A stretch of 49,919 nt of DNA, filler included, from Sphacelaria rigidula (lineage: Eukaryota): the NCBI GenBank assembly GCA_964200075.2. It is 3 parts of 3 records of this genome, joined end to end, with 100 filler letters (N's around TTAATTAATTAA, not from the genome) between each part and the next. Parts side by side here need not be neighbours in the genome. Positions count along the whole stretch, not along the records: positions 16,684 to 33,253 come from CAXNAA020001310.1; positions 33,354 to 49,919 come from CAXNAA020001311.1; 1 more part is not named here. One strand, written 5' to 3'. The translations under genes and the position numbers were made by a program. Under the pieces are notes generated by a model. It was given only the letters and a program-made list of their open reading frames with translations, searched no databases and was not told where the DNA came from. Shown here piece after piece: positions 23,101-34,403 of the stretch (the stretch's first letter is position 1; every line of letters begins with the position of its first letter).

Positions 23101-25501
23101 TTGGGGGCTACGCATGTTACCGTTTCATCATCCGCCGTATCACAGACGTACCGGCTCCTTCCCCATAAAAAATGATCGCGCTGGGATGCAGGCAACAGCA
23201 CCAATGCTATGATCGGTGGTGACGATGCTGCCATTCCCTATAACGGCAGTACGCTTTCCTTCGAAAACCTGTTTGTGGTGTGTACTCACTCCAAACCTTG
23301 TGTAATCAGTTCTGAGGTACAGAAATCTGACTTTTGGGGGTGACGGGACTGGAGAACATCAACACGACAAAACCACCATTTTGCTCCGAGAAAGGCGCGC
23401 GCGGGGGGGAAGGGCTGTGGTGTCTGAGAAACGAGATAAGTGTTCCCTTGTGTAACTTCTCGACATTAGAAAATATGAATCAGGTGTGCCCTCCACGCGT
23501 CTGGCCCAAAAAGGGAGCGTGGCCACGTCAAGCGCCAGCCCGCTTCGGTAATTTTTCGAACGCCCTGGTCCTTACTTGGACGCTGAATGGGAGGGCTTTG
23601 GGGGTCATTCGGGATCATTATTTTCTGGTCGCGAAACAATGCCTGCATACGAAAGAGCCTTGCCAAGTATATACCACGCGACGCATAATGTCGTACATGA
23701 ACCCCATCCAGCAGCATATTGCCATCACAGTACAGCAAAACGGTACCGATTATCGCGCTAGCTGTACACGTGACCACGCATGTACGAAATGGTCAGCACA
23801 TCAAGCAGAATGGTGCATAAATGCAAGGAGACGTACATCATTTTACAACTACAGCGAAAGGTTGCTGCATGCCTCCTGACCAGAAATATATATCTTGCAG
23901 CATATCTGCCGAGCGCCTACGTGATTTTAGCGTCCATCTACGCCTAAAAAACATGCCTCAAACATTCATGGGACTGTCCGCTGACGAGACGAATCTCGGC
24001 ACAGAAGCATCTATAAATAGAGGCTTATTAATCCCTTCACTACAATCCCCCTCAGATGGACTCAGATGGATTATGCCACATTTGGGATTCAGAACAGGTG
24101 TTTTCCGCTACACAACACGCCCTTTCCCATGAACAAGTGAAAGTTATAGGCGTATGTGTGGAAAAAAAAATAGTCCCGGAGAACTCCTGACCATTTTGTG
24201 CCCTGCAGTCATGCGCGCAAAGTTGGTATGTATGCTTTATGTCTTCGCTGAATACAACAGTAACAAACTGTCAGCGTACCATTTCTCTCTACTGAGCTCA
24301 GTCTACTGCACACTGGTGATTTCTCTGCCAAGTGTGCCACAACAGCACGGCAGGCAGTGTGAAGCTATGCTGGCAACACAACAGGAGTCAGGCAGGCGGC
24401 AGATACTACCAGGAGAAAAGAAACTATGTAGTTTGCACCCATGCTATCATCGGTTGAATGCTTATGACAAGATGATAAATACGGTTAGACTACGAGGTGG
24501 TACATCTCAGTCCATCTCAGATGACCATTCTGACCAGTCAGCTCTCAAAATGGACACTCCGCTCCTCTCGGGTCTCGTTCCTGGCCTAGAATTTTCCGTT
24601 GTAAATTTCCAAACACGTATGGTTGACTTCATGAGCATTTCGGCTGCTCTGCGAAGAGGCCCCCGCATTCCTGTCAAAAACCACCCCCCCCCCCCCCCGG
24701 AACCCCCCGGATGTCCCTGGACTGTCAGCAGCCGGTGACACCGTTCCGAGGTGACACTCTTAGCCAAAGGGTTAAACGACGGCGGTTTCTACTTCAATGA
24801 TGGGTCGGGGCCACCTACGGCGGAAAACCGGCACGAATCTTCATTCAGCCTTCTGAGCCCATGTGTCCACCCCTTTCAACCCCGCCATTGTTGTGTGTAC
24901 CCCTCCATGTCCAAAGTCAATTGAGGTGTACCCTGTCTGTTTACTGTCCATTACAAGGGGTAGAAGGACTAGAAAAAAGCGGCAAAACACGATCACTGCG
25001 TAGATTCGGATGTGACCAGGCAAATGAAAAAAAAGTGGATGAGAAAATCATAAGGTCAAAAACATGCTACAATAACAGAACTGATGCACCAGTTTTCATC
25101 ATAACCTACTCGTGAGGCCCGCGGTAATAGCAAACAGCACAGTTACAATACATGCAGAGAATTAGTATTGTAGACAAAACAAAAAGGTCGCGGATACACC
25201 CGGTGCGTGCTCCGCACACGATACCGGTCTTGCCAGCGTTTTCTCACGATAGAAGATAGGCGAAGCATGAACTCGTAAATCCAAAGATTTCAATAAACCA
25301 AGCATACGTCGTCAATTGACCAGGGTAGGCCACTAAAGCACGTAGATCATGGACTGGTAGCTGCGTACATACCTCGAGGGCTTGGTCGAGGTCATGATCA
25401 TCTCGGCTCCAGCTCTTGTCCCCAGAGTCTAGCTTGTCAGAGTTGCCCTTGAGTCGTCTGCCCTCGGCGCCCGCGCCGATACGCTGTCGTTTTTGGGCCA
25501 T
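17125..25501 (-). CDS. POLD1: DNA polymerase delta catalytic subunit, 5' portion (12 exons; remainder lost at contig end)
   Basis: Phase-consistent exons 25501-25373, 21871-21671, 21078-20881, 20552-20355, 20110-20009, 19829-19608, 19297-19142, 18952-18750, 18465-18267, 18049-17882, 17731-17552, 17232-17125. Motifs: [38 protein letters not shown], Exo[22 protein letters not shown], Exo[15 protein letters not shown], Exo[35 protein letters not shown], and Pol region [11 protein letters not shown]...[23 protein letters not shown]. Confidence 0.96.
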
Positions 25502-25787
25502 ATCTGTGACGCCAACCTAGTGACTACAATGCTGCGGGCGAAACTCGATCGGGAATCGGAGTATACACCGCGCACTAGTTGTCCAACAGCGTATTCGCTT
25601 GGGTCCTCGTTTTGGCGCACGAATTTCAAATCTGAAACACGGGACTGTGTTGTACACACGTCGGTCTGTTTTAGTTATTGCCCAGTGACACTTGTTGGAA
25701 TACTGGTTATTACCCAATGGGATGTCGTCTGAGAGATGCCCTCGGATGTCAACCTGTCTTATTATATATTCTGCTTTCGGATTGGCT
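25502..25787. promoter_or_regulatory. Putative bidirectional promoter with E2F-type and CHR-like motifs
   Basis: 286 bp between divergent ATGs (25501 on -, 25788 on +). TTTGGCGC at 25611-25618 matches the E2F consensus TTTSSCGC and is followed by TTCAAA at 25625-25630. Confidence 0.55.
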
Positions 25788-28700
25788 ATGTCTGATCCAT
25801 CTGGCGCGGCTCTGGCCGAATACTTACGACGGTATGAAGGCGACCATGTTGAACACGACACCGATGATGACCATCATAGTCTCAGGAGCTACAACTCTTT
25901 CGAACAGAAAGCGAGACATGCCGACAACAATGATATTGATGTTACTCCAAGCAGCAGCACCGAGCCTTCGCGCGCTCGACCCCTCGCCTCCAGCAGCGGC
26001 AGCAGGATGCGGTGGCCTTGTCGCACCGTCGGAGCGAGCGAGGTAAATACTGCTCCGCCACCGTCGAAACTGCCTCTTAACAGCTATGTTGATAGTTTGC
26101 TGCGCCCATGCTCAAATTCCTGCCTTCGTTTCTTCAGTATTTGCGTATCGCACAGTGCAGTACGGTAGTACAATACTAATTGCGCACTATACCCGCACGG
26201 TGCATCATTTGTATGTCACACGTACCGTCTTCTGTCTGTTGCTGCCGTGATGTTCTCCGCATTATTCAGTGAGCAAGACATCTCATTTCACCAGGGTAAA
26301 CCATACACGTCATACACACGTGTACGCGTACGTATACTAACCTCTCCCTTATGCAACTTCCTTCGCAGGCCCTGACCCAATGGTGGTATAGATATCACCC
26401 GATTATGATGGATTTTGTACGCGAGTATGGCGCTCTGCTGGTGGCGTTCATCTTGCCCTTCACTCCACGAGCCGCTCGTCGAAGTGGGTACCGCGGAGAG
26501 TCGCCGCACGTGTTGAGAGCACTTGACCGCCTTGACGCTGGACTGCCTGGGGGGGGGCGAGGCTGGGCCGAGCGCTGGTTGAGTCGCCCGCGTGGGTATC
26601 GAGACTCTTGTCCGCGGGGCATGTTTCATCTGGGAGAGAAAGTCGGTGGTGTCGGCGCCGCAGCTGCTGCCGTCGTGGTTGCTGCAGGTGAGTTGGTGTC
26701 GCTGCATTAATTTGTTACCTTGAAATATTCGTGACACAAGCTGCCGTGTGCCCGCGGAGGATTCCACATTACTTCAACATGGTGATGCTCCGCCAGCTGA
26801 AGGGCCTGCAATCGGGGACGCCTATTTTAGTATGGTAGGCTGCTGTCCTACTTTTTCTCAATCACATTTCCACAGTAATACGGTATGAACATGTAGCTCT
26901 TGTTTATGGTCGTGTTATTTGTTGGAACGATACTGTAGCTACTTTTGAACCTCGCAGGCTGCCTGTTGGGTTCTGTGCCGTGCAGGAAAGTGTGCGAGAT
27001 GCTTGTTCGCAGAAATACATACTTGGTATAATAGTGTCCAGGCACGATGAGTGGGCGACGGACTGTGATTAAGTATTACTTTGGGGAACGAGAAGAGAAC
27101 ACAGGACACCAACTCGTTACTGGTGCCATCGCGAACATTGTTGATGCGAAGAGTGTTTCCGCCGACAAACGAAGGAGCACTCCATGCGAACTATTTTTCA
27201 TGTCAAGGCCATTCTCGATTGTACGATACTCTACAGTGTTGTCCCATTATAGTAATTGCAATGCACATCGTGATCAAAGAGGTATTGTCCTGTACCGTGT
27301 ACCTATCCGTTATCCGTTCAAGATACCGTTTAGTTTCACCACTCCCCAGCGCTTTTTCAAGGAACGTTCTTCGGGGGATTCTTGATCCCGTGTCCCCCTT
27401 AGCCTCGAAAGTGGTTCATGTGTCCGTGTATGCCAATACACCGCTTTGTCCTGAAGTCAAGGTCACGAATTCTTGATCAAAGTAAGGGGTGGCAGCACAC
27501 GAGTAACAGAGTGCTTCACACCTTAATTTCGAAGCCCGCTTCTGACAGCATGATTGGAGAAGTATTAGCATATCTCGGGAAAGTACCTCTTCGGTGCTCT
27601 TGCGATGTTTGCACCCGAAAAGAAAGGGCTACGCGGATTGTGCCATGTCGGAGTTACTAGCTCTACTATCCAAGGGTTCTGGCACAGTTCCGCGTTTTCC
27701 GGTGCACCCAGATTGACCTTGTAGCGGATTTGGGGTATTCCGCGCTGATGACCGAATGATTCCCATTGTGCGAAAGCGTACGAAGAAAAAAACTGATGTG
27801 TGACCATGTGGCCAAGAAAATTCTACTCTAGCTAAGAGATGGACTGTGGTCGCCGGAAAATTCAAAGGTGTCCAAAAAACAAAAAAAATCAAAGAGCAGA
27901 GCTATGAGGCGGCAAAGGACTCATAGGGGCGGAAAAATCCGTTTCCGACGCCAAGGATTTGCATCATGACGAGCGGCCTGAATCCTCAAATTTGGAGCAT
28001 ATTCTTGGGCCGAGTGGTTCAGGTGCCAAACGTGGGCCTCTAAAACTGAAGAAGTTGCCTCACGTGTTAGCAGTATGTTACTGGGCTCGGAGCGGGCATG
28101 TACACCTGTTCTCGAGAGATTGCAGTGTTGCACCAAAAGAAAAAAAAGCAAATTCCTAAGCCGATTCTCGCATACAACAGTCATTGTACAAATTATCAGC
28201 TGGGATCACCCGCAAAGTAGGGGTAATTCACACGAGCAAGGTGCCCCAGAGGGACGACCTATAGCCCAACACACGGCATATCTGAAAAGCTATGTTCAAG
28301 GCTGGATCGTCGGCACAAGTTGCAGGCCGAGAACGTGACGATATCCCGCGTTCGGGGTGTGCATGGTGTTGCTAGGTGCGGATGCCTTGCGGGCCCCATT
28401 GTACGACGATAGGTGGCGACCACGCTTGGTGTTCCAGCGCACCGCCGCGCCCAGAGCGTAGTATATGGAGTGTACAATCCGCTTGAAAAAGAAGCATCCC
28501 ATTTGCTTTCGGCGCACTGGAGAAGGGCACAATTGTTTACATGTATGTCTGGCGGCGCAGCTGATGGATTTGAAATTTGAAAACTCCGTCATGACCACTA
28601 TATAAAGTGTAGTATAATACGCTGATTCAATGTACGGTCTACGGACAGTATAGCCGTACCGTAAAACTACACAACCGCATATGATATGCGGCGTAATCAG

Positions 28701-31145
28701 GGCGTAACCGCATGTCATGTTCATTTGAGTACTTTCCTACGGTAAACCACCATTTTTCAGTGCAACTTGGATTGTGGATTTCTCGCCTGCGACTGCGTGT
28801 TCCATCATGAAACTTTGCACACTAGTTGGGCACAATACAGGCAGCATATGCCCAAAGCATCCGCGAGATTGGGCCCGGGAACATCATACAACATGGTCCC
28901 AACCGATTGTGGAGAATGCCGTCCATGCAGCTGCCCAGACTTTGCGCACTATAGATTAATGCATATGTGCACGCGCAGATGCGCAAAGTTGGACATTCAG
29001 TGCGGCTGGGCGGCCGATGAGGCAGAAAACTGACGCCGGTCTGTACTGCGACCCTCTCTGGATCATGACCATCTGTAGTGTACCGATCGGCATACAGTCT
29101 GTAGAGCTGCGCAGTTCACGACGTACGGCCCTGCGCGCGATGTAGCCGTCGCGAGGCTGAAATTTTGCACATATATTGTGCGAACCACAGTCAACAGTTC
29201 CACGTTGCTCCATCTGGTACTGCGCGCTGCAGGAATGCGCACTACAGAAAAGAGTGGTCAATTTCTGTTCCGAGAAAATCGTTTTTTCTTTTGGCGCAAC
29301 ACTCTTGGCCCGGGCCAAGTGCGAGTCCGAAAGTTCGAGCTGATGTGGTGAATAAAAATACTTGAGTGAAGCGACTGGGTTGTAGAATTTCCTGAGGACC
29401 ACATCGTACGCTATAGAGGGGGTGTAGGAGATACCAGTTTACCCCGCAAGTTATCCATGTGCATTACATCACTCTTACCCGCAGCTACACCTTTATTCTT
29501 GAAACGAGGATTCACTGGAGATGAGAGATGTGCCACTCCTTGGCCAAATAGTTGAATATGCTGCGTCCGGCGAACTCATCTCCCTGTACGATGTGAAGGC
29601 AGTTCGCCTCGTTAAGTAACCCGGTACCATGGTCAACAACATGTGTCGTGCCTCCGCCAAGAACATATGGGGAAGACTATGATAAGTCACCGTCACCGTC
29701 GTTTAAACGTTGTTGTCGCCTGCAGATGCGAACCGCACAAGTGTCTTGAAGGGTACGTCGTAGTGTCCGAGTGTCTGATCTGTACGTCGTCAATTGTTCG
29801 CTCTGTATTCGTTCGGAGTTCATGTACACGATGCTAATGGATATCTCTTTCGCCGTGTTGGTGTCGTAAAACCCTCGTTTGAATACAGCATCGTGGTGCA
29901 GCTGGCGGCGGTCGTCCCCCAGCTGGGCAGCCCTTCTATTCGAACTAGCGTGCGGATCGACAGTGGCGGTACACTACCTCGCCCGCGAGGATGGTCGCAG
30001 AGAAGCCCGGGTCCTCGAAGCTCACCTGCTAGCTTTAGAACATTGCCTTGGCCCTTTCTTCCGCAGGGTCGAGAATTGTCTACGCATGATTCGGTGCTCA
30101 CAGGCTCTTTCATTTGGCTTGCATCTCTCCGTTCCGATGCCTCCCATAGCGAGGATGGAAGGCCGCCTAAATCTCGCAGCCGGCGGTCACGAGCAACAAT
30201 CGACAGTGGCACTTCGAGAATTGAGGGCTACGCTCAGCGATGTTCTGGACGCGGCCGTGGCGCAGAGCGACGCCCTTGGCGCAGTGCAGTCCTCTCGAGA
30301 CACTGGAGTAGACGATAGCAGCTGTAGTGAAGGCCCAGCAAGAGAGGGTCATGACCGTCAGCTGTTAGCTGGTATGGTGAAGACGGAGAAACAAATTTCT
30401 TCCAACCTCAGCCAGTTTGTCGCGGATTTAGCGCACCGCATCTACGAAGCAGTAGTTGGACCTGACGAGTTGGGCCTTTGGTGGGACAGCCAGCTGGTAG
30501 GCGTCTCTGAGGTAGTAAAGCTTACGGTGGAGTACTTCGATGCAGCATCTGGTCGGTGAGAGACTTGAGGCATTACGCGAATTTGTTTGATATTGCCCGA
30601 CGGGACTCCACATTCGGCCCTTCTCGTAACCGGCGACTAAATTGCGCTCGATCCCCTATCAGCGACATTGACAAGGATACCCCTGGTTGGAGAAGAGTGG
30701 GACATGCTCCACTGCTACAGTTGTCTTATAATGCTTTCGACGACGTTCCAATTATACATGTGCGCTTCCGACAGGTTAGAGATGGCCATGGGTTCCGGCC
30801 TTGCGCCGTTCACCACGCAACATTCCTCCAGCCCACGTGACATTGCGGCCGTCGCCGAAATGCTCTCGGCACTACGCCTGCGATACGAAGAGACGGTCGT
30901 CCGGCTCTACTCTTGCCAGCGTAGTGTCAGCGCTATCCTACGTGATGCTACAGGTAACACGGAGGACGCGTGGGAAACTGTTCGGCATGAGTTTTCCGGG
31001 GCTCTAGAGAGTACGACAACAGGGGGAACGGACGAGGAGTTGTGGCGAGAGGCCGACCGGCTGGTGAATTCGTTGGCAAACGGAAGCTCTTCGCGCGAAA
31101 CTGTGGATACTTCGTCCTCGCCAGTACAGCAGGAGCATTCCCCAG
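25788..31145 (+). CDS. Spliced hypothetical membrane protein with vezatin-like motif (3' end uncertain)
   Basis: Phase-consistent exons 25788-26042, 26369-26687, 29726-29752 (27-nt micro-exon), 29889-30555 and 30775-31145 (or reading on to the stop at 31192). Hydrophobic segments (YGALLVAFILPF; GVGAAAAAVVVAA; WAALLFELACGSTVAVHYL) precede CLRMIRCSQALSFGLHLSVPMPPIARME...ALRELRATL. Gene call is solid; family call is tentative. Confidence 0.75.
28657..28744. mobile_element. Possible tiny pogo-type MITE
   Basis: TACCGTA...TACGGTA ends (TA plus CCGTA) and an internal palindrome CCGCATAT-G-ATATGCGG. Confidence 0.3.
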
Positions 31146-33253
31146 GTAGTTCATCACGAGAAAGGGGGAGACAAAGTTTATTCAGACTATGAAATGCATC
31201 TGTCATGCCTATGCAGGTTCGTCAACAAAGAGAATCATGCTTCTTCAAGGACGTTCCCAACTTGGCGATCGATTTTTGACCTGAAATGTTTCACATTTCC
31301 GTAAGAGTAATCTTGAAAATACACCATCCGAGTGGTGGAAGTCTCTTATTAGATACTATTCGGAATCTGTAGAAACAGCTCATACCCCTCATTCTCGGAC
31401 AACTTCAAATTCGATACTTTTATATGTTGAGTGGTCAAATAGAAGCTTCCTATTACTTGTCCAGGCAAGTTGTGTAGCAACAGAGGTCGACACTCGAACG
31501 CTTAACCTGGAGCAAAAAATCAGGCAAGCAAGAAAACCTAGATGTCGGGAAAAAATCGTTGTGTATCTCATACTCGAAACGTTTTATGTATTTTCTCGAG
31601 CGGTGAGGGGTAGATGAACTCGAGCGCAAAGCCATGTCCACCATGATCTCGGGCATAGTTGTGAGTGCTTGCGTTGGACACTTGGACAATCTCATGTTTC
31701 CCAAAAAACGCCACAACATGTGCCGGGGGCGATGGCTTGATGTCGATCATCCTTGAAACCCAAGACGAGGGTTGAACGAGGAACACTTGGTAGTTTTGTA
31801 ATATGATTACAAACAGTGTTAAAATTTGACGTCAAGATTCAAAAGCCCGGGCATAAAGCGGAAACTTTTTTTCACCCCCATCTCGGAACAATTTCATGTG
31901 CAAATGTTATCGATTGATTAATTGTTTTTTTTTATTGTCACACTTTACACTGACCCCCCAGAGATCCAGCCGTGTTCGTATGATAGACGTGCCCAAGACA
32001 CAACAAAAGTGAAACCGTCGCCGAAGAAAAAGAAGAAACAGAAGGGAAAAAGTAGAACAGAGAGATATAGTATACGAACACATATCACATTGGAGAGCGA
32101 AAAAAAATCCGCTCGATGGGGGGGGGGGATGGTGCGTTACCATCTCCTGATCGGGGGAATGGCGGAAATCTGGCGTGATTGTATCCTTCCTTGCTGCCGG
32201 CGAGTCGATAGCGAACGACCTCTTCACTCTCCGAAACCTTAAAATTCTTGCGTTTCTGCCCCTGAGAGGCACTCTCAGCAGCGGACTATCCCACCAGCAG
32301 ATGGGAAGGCGTTTGACCGGAGCTTCAAAGTTGGGGTGGTGAAATCGGGCACCGTCTGCTGGCTTGGAACACACTTTTTTATGTGGTTTGAGAAAAGCAG
32401 CAGTTGTACGCGCTGCGCGCCAGCGCGGCGGAACCGACAAGAAAAAACTGTTCGGAAAAAGAGTTCTGCACATCCGAGTTAGACCGCTTCTTGTCCAAAT
32501 CTTGCTTATATTCTCGGTCAGAGGGAGTATGTATATACTCGTATATGACAACAATTAAATAAAGAGAAAAAAAGCACAGGAAGAAATGGCCGATCTCTGC
32601 CACACGGCTTCAGCGTACAAGGTCTTGCGGAGGACCACACTTTATACCCAGTCGTGGAAACAAAAGACCGTGGAAAGGAAATGTTGCAGCTCATCTGCTA
32701 AATACGCCTTGATCCAAAACAGTGAGTGGGGGTTTACTGGGGGTGGGTTGGATTCGAGCACAAGAACATGGCCATGATCATGCGCATAGATTAGAGAGTG
32801 TGCTTGGTACCTGCGCTATTTTCAAAAGTGGAAAATGATCATTTCGGTACTATTTTTTTATCGAGAAACGGCGGAAATGTGGTCAAGCGTGTTCTTTCTC
32901 TTGACATGGAGCGGTACGTCGCAGCCGAGTGGGCGCCACGGCTCTGTGTTTGTCAACATCTCGGCATCAAGTGAGCGTGTTTGAAGTGCAAGGTCCTCTT
33001 TGTAGATTTGAAGATGTTATGAAGGATTCTCGTGTTTGAACGGCTTCTAGCGATATTGCTCACTTCCTAATATATATTTATATATACCGGGGAGAGATGG
33101 GTTGATCCCTTGAGACCACGGAGTCGTCCCGAGGAAGGGGAGGGGTTCAATGTGCTGCAAGAGTTTTTACTTCAATCCGATGAACCCCGGGGGGGGGGGG
33201 GGGGGGGGGGGGGTGGGAGGCTAAAAAAAATAATTGTTGATTGTTTTTTTTCT

Positions 33254-33353
33254 NNNNNNNNNNNNNNNNNNNNNNNNNNNNNNNNNNNNNNNNNNNNTTA
33301 ATTAATTAANNNNNNNNNNNNNNNNNNNNNNNNNNNNNNNNNNNNNNNNNNNN
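33254..33353. other. Artificial contig-join spacer
   Basis: 44 N + TTAATTAATTAA + 44 N. Confidence 0.97.
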
Positions 33354-33649
33354 AAGAAGGGGAAGGAGGGAGTGGGGGGGGGGGGGGGGGGGGGGTGGGC
33401 GGGGGGGGGTTTAAGAGAGCGCATAACAAAAGGAGGGGGAACGGAAAAAACCGAACACAAAGACCAGGCAGAACATGTGTATGAACATAAATAGGAATAC
33501 CACTGAGGTTGCAAGCCAAGGAAACAAGTCGTGAGACGATAAGGTGAGACAGGGGCACATAATTTTTTGTGTCACACCCGCCCCTCCCCGCGCATCCCGA
33601 GTTGGATGCAAACCGAGTCACCCACTCTCAATCCTTTCCACCTTGGACT

Positions 33650-34367
33650 CATCGCAGCTTTTTTCTGACGGCTTTTAACGCGACAGCCTCTAGCGTATGG
33701 TGTAAATCCTATTGGCGTAAGTCTTTGCGTCGCCACGCCACAAATGCGTTTATGACGCGGCTGCTGGAGCAGCCAAAAAAAACGGGGCCATGAGGGGCGA
33801 TATGGGCGTACCGAATAGCGTCGGAGGATACATTATCGCCGAGGGTGTGCATGCTACAGAAAATGAAGGAAAGTATACTGTTGGGTCGCAGTACGCACGA
33901 GGTGTGTGTCTTAAGAAGCAAACCAAAATGTTCTGGATCAGTCATGATTTTCTAACCAAGTTGTGGCAATCAACACATGCTATTCGATGACGCAAACCAG
34001 CTTTAGCGTGGGTCAGAAACACTGCGATTGAGAGCAACGCTACGGTAGGGGTGCACGTTTTGGGCAAAATCTTGTCCGGTTCAGGGGCTCCCAAGGATTC
34101 TAGATGCACAAGAATATGGGCCATGGCATCCCCGTTTGCAATTTTATTCGGGATATCTCTTGCACATTGGAATAGTAATCCTGGCGTACTCTCACATATT
34201 TCATCAGTGGTGTTTTGGATGAGATAAAGGGCTCCTAACAATTTTAACCTCAGGAAATATTTGTGCACCCCTACCGTAGCATCACTCTTCAACTGTTTGG
34301 GGAACCCATGTGTGTGATTAATTACAACCCAATCACACGCACACGCTCCCACCTCCGCTAACTTCAC
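33650..34367 (-). pseudogene. Disrupted intronless ORF of unknown family (paralog A)
   Basis: ORF 33942-34367 continues via a frameshift into 33709-33945 and past a stop. Shares ordered motifs with 37669-38325. Confidence 0.45.
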
Positions 34368-34403
34368 CCCTGACCCCCTTCCCTATTGCTATCCCCTCGC
34401 ACA

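Noticed and set aside
21872..25372. Short ORFs in POLD1 intron 1 (e.g. 23334-23879, 24154-24738)
   Set aside because: No domain-like content or splice-consistent chain. They look like intronic TE debris.
17125..25501. Viral (phaeovirus/NCLDV) family B polymerase
   Set aside because: It has 11 spliceosomal introns and Pol delta-specific motifs, so it is the host gene.
28125..29302. Inverted repeat GTGTTGCACCAAAAGAAAAAA / TTTTTTCTTTTGGCGCAACAC
   Set aside because: About 21 bp, partly an A run, does not extend, and has no TSD.
33700..34230. Ulp1-like protease on the + strand (NAFMTRLL; FWISHDFLTKL; LAHW)
   Set aside because: Fragments are in broken frames and lack the catalytic D and QxxxxDCG motifs. 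The minus strand is better supported by its paralog.
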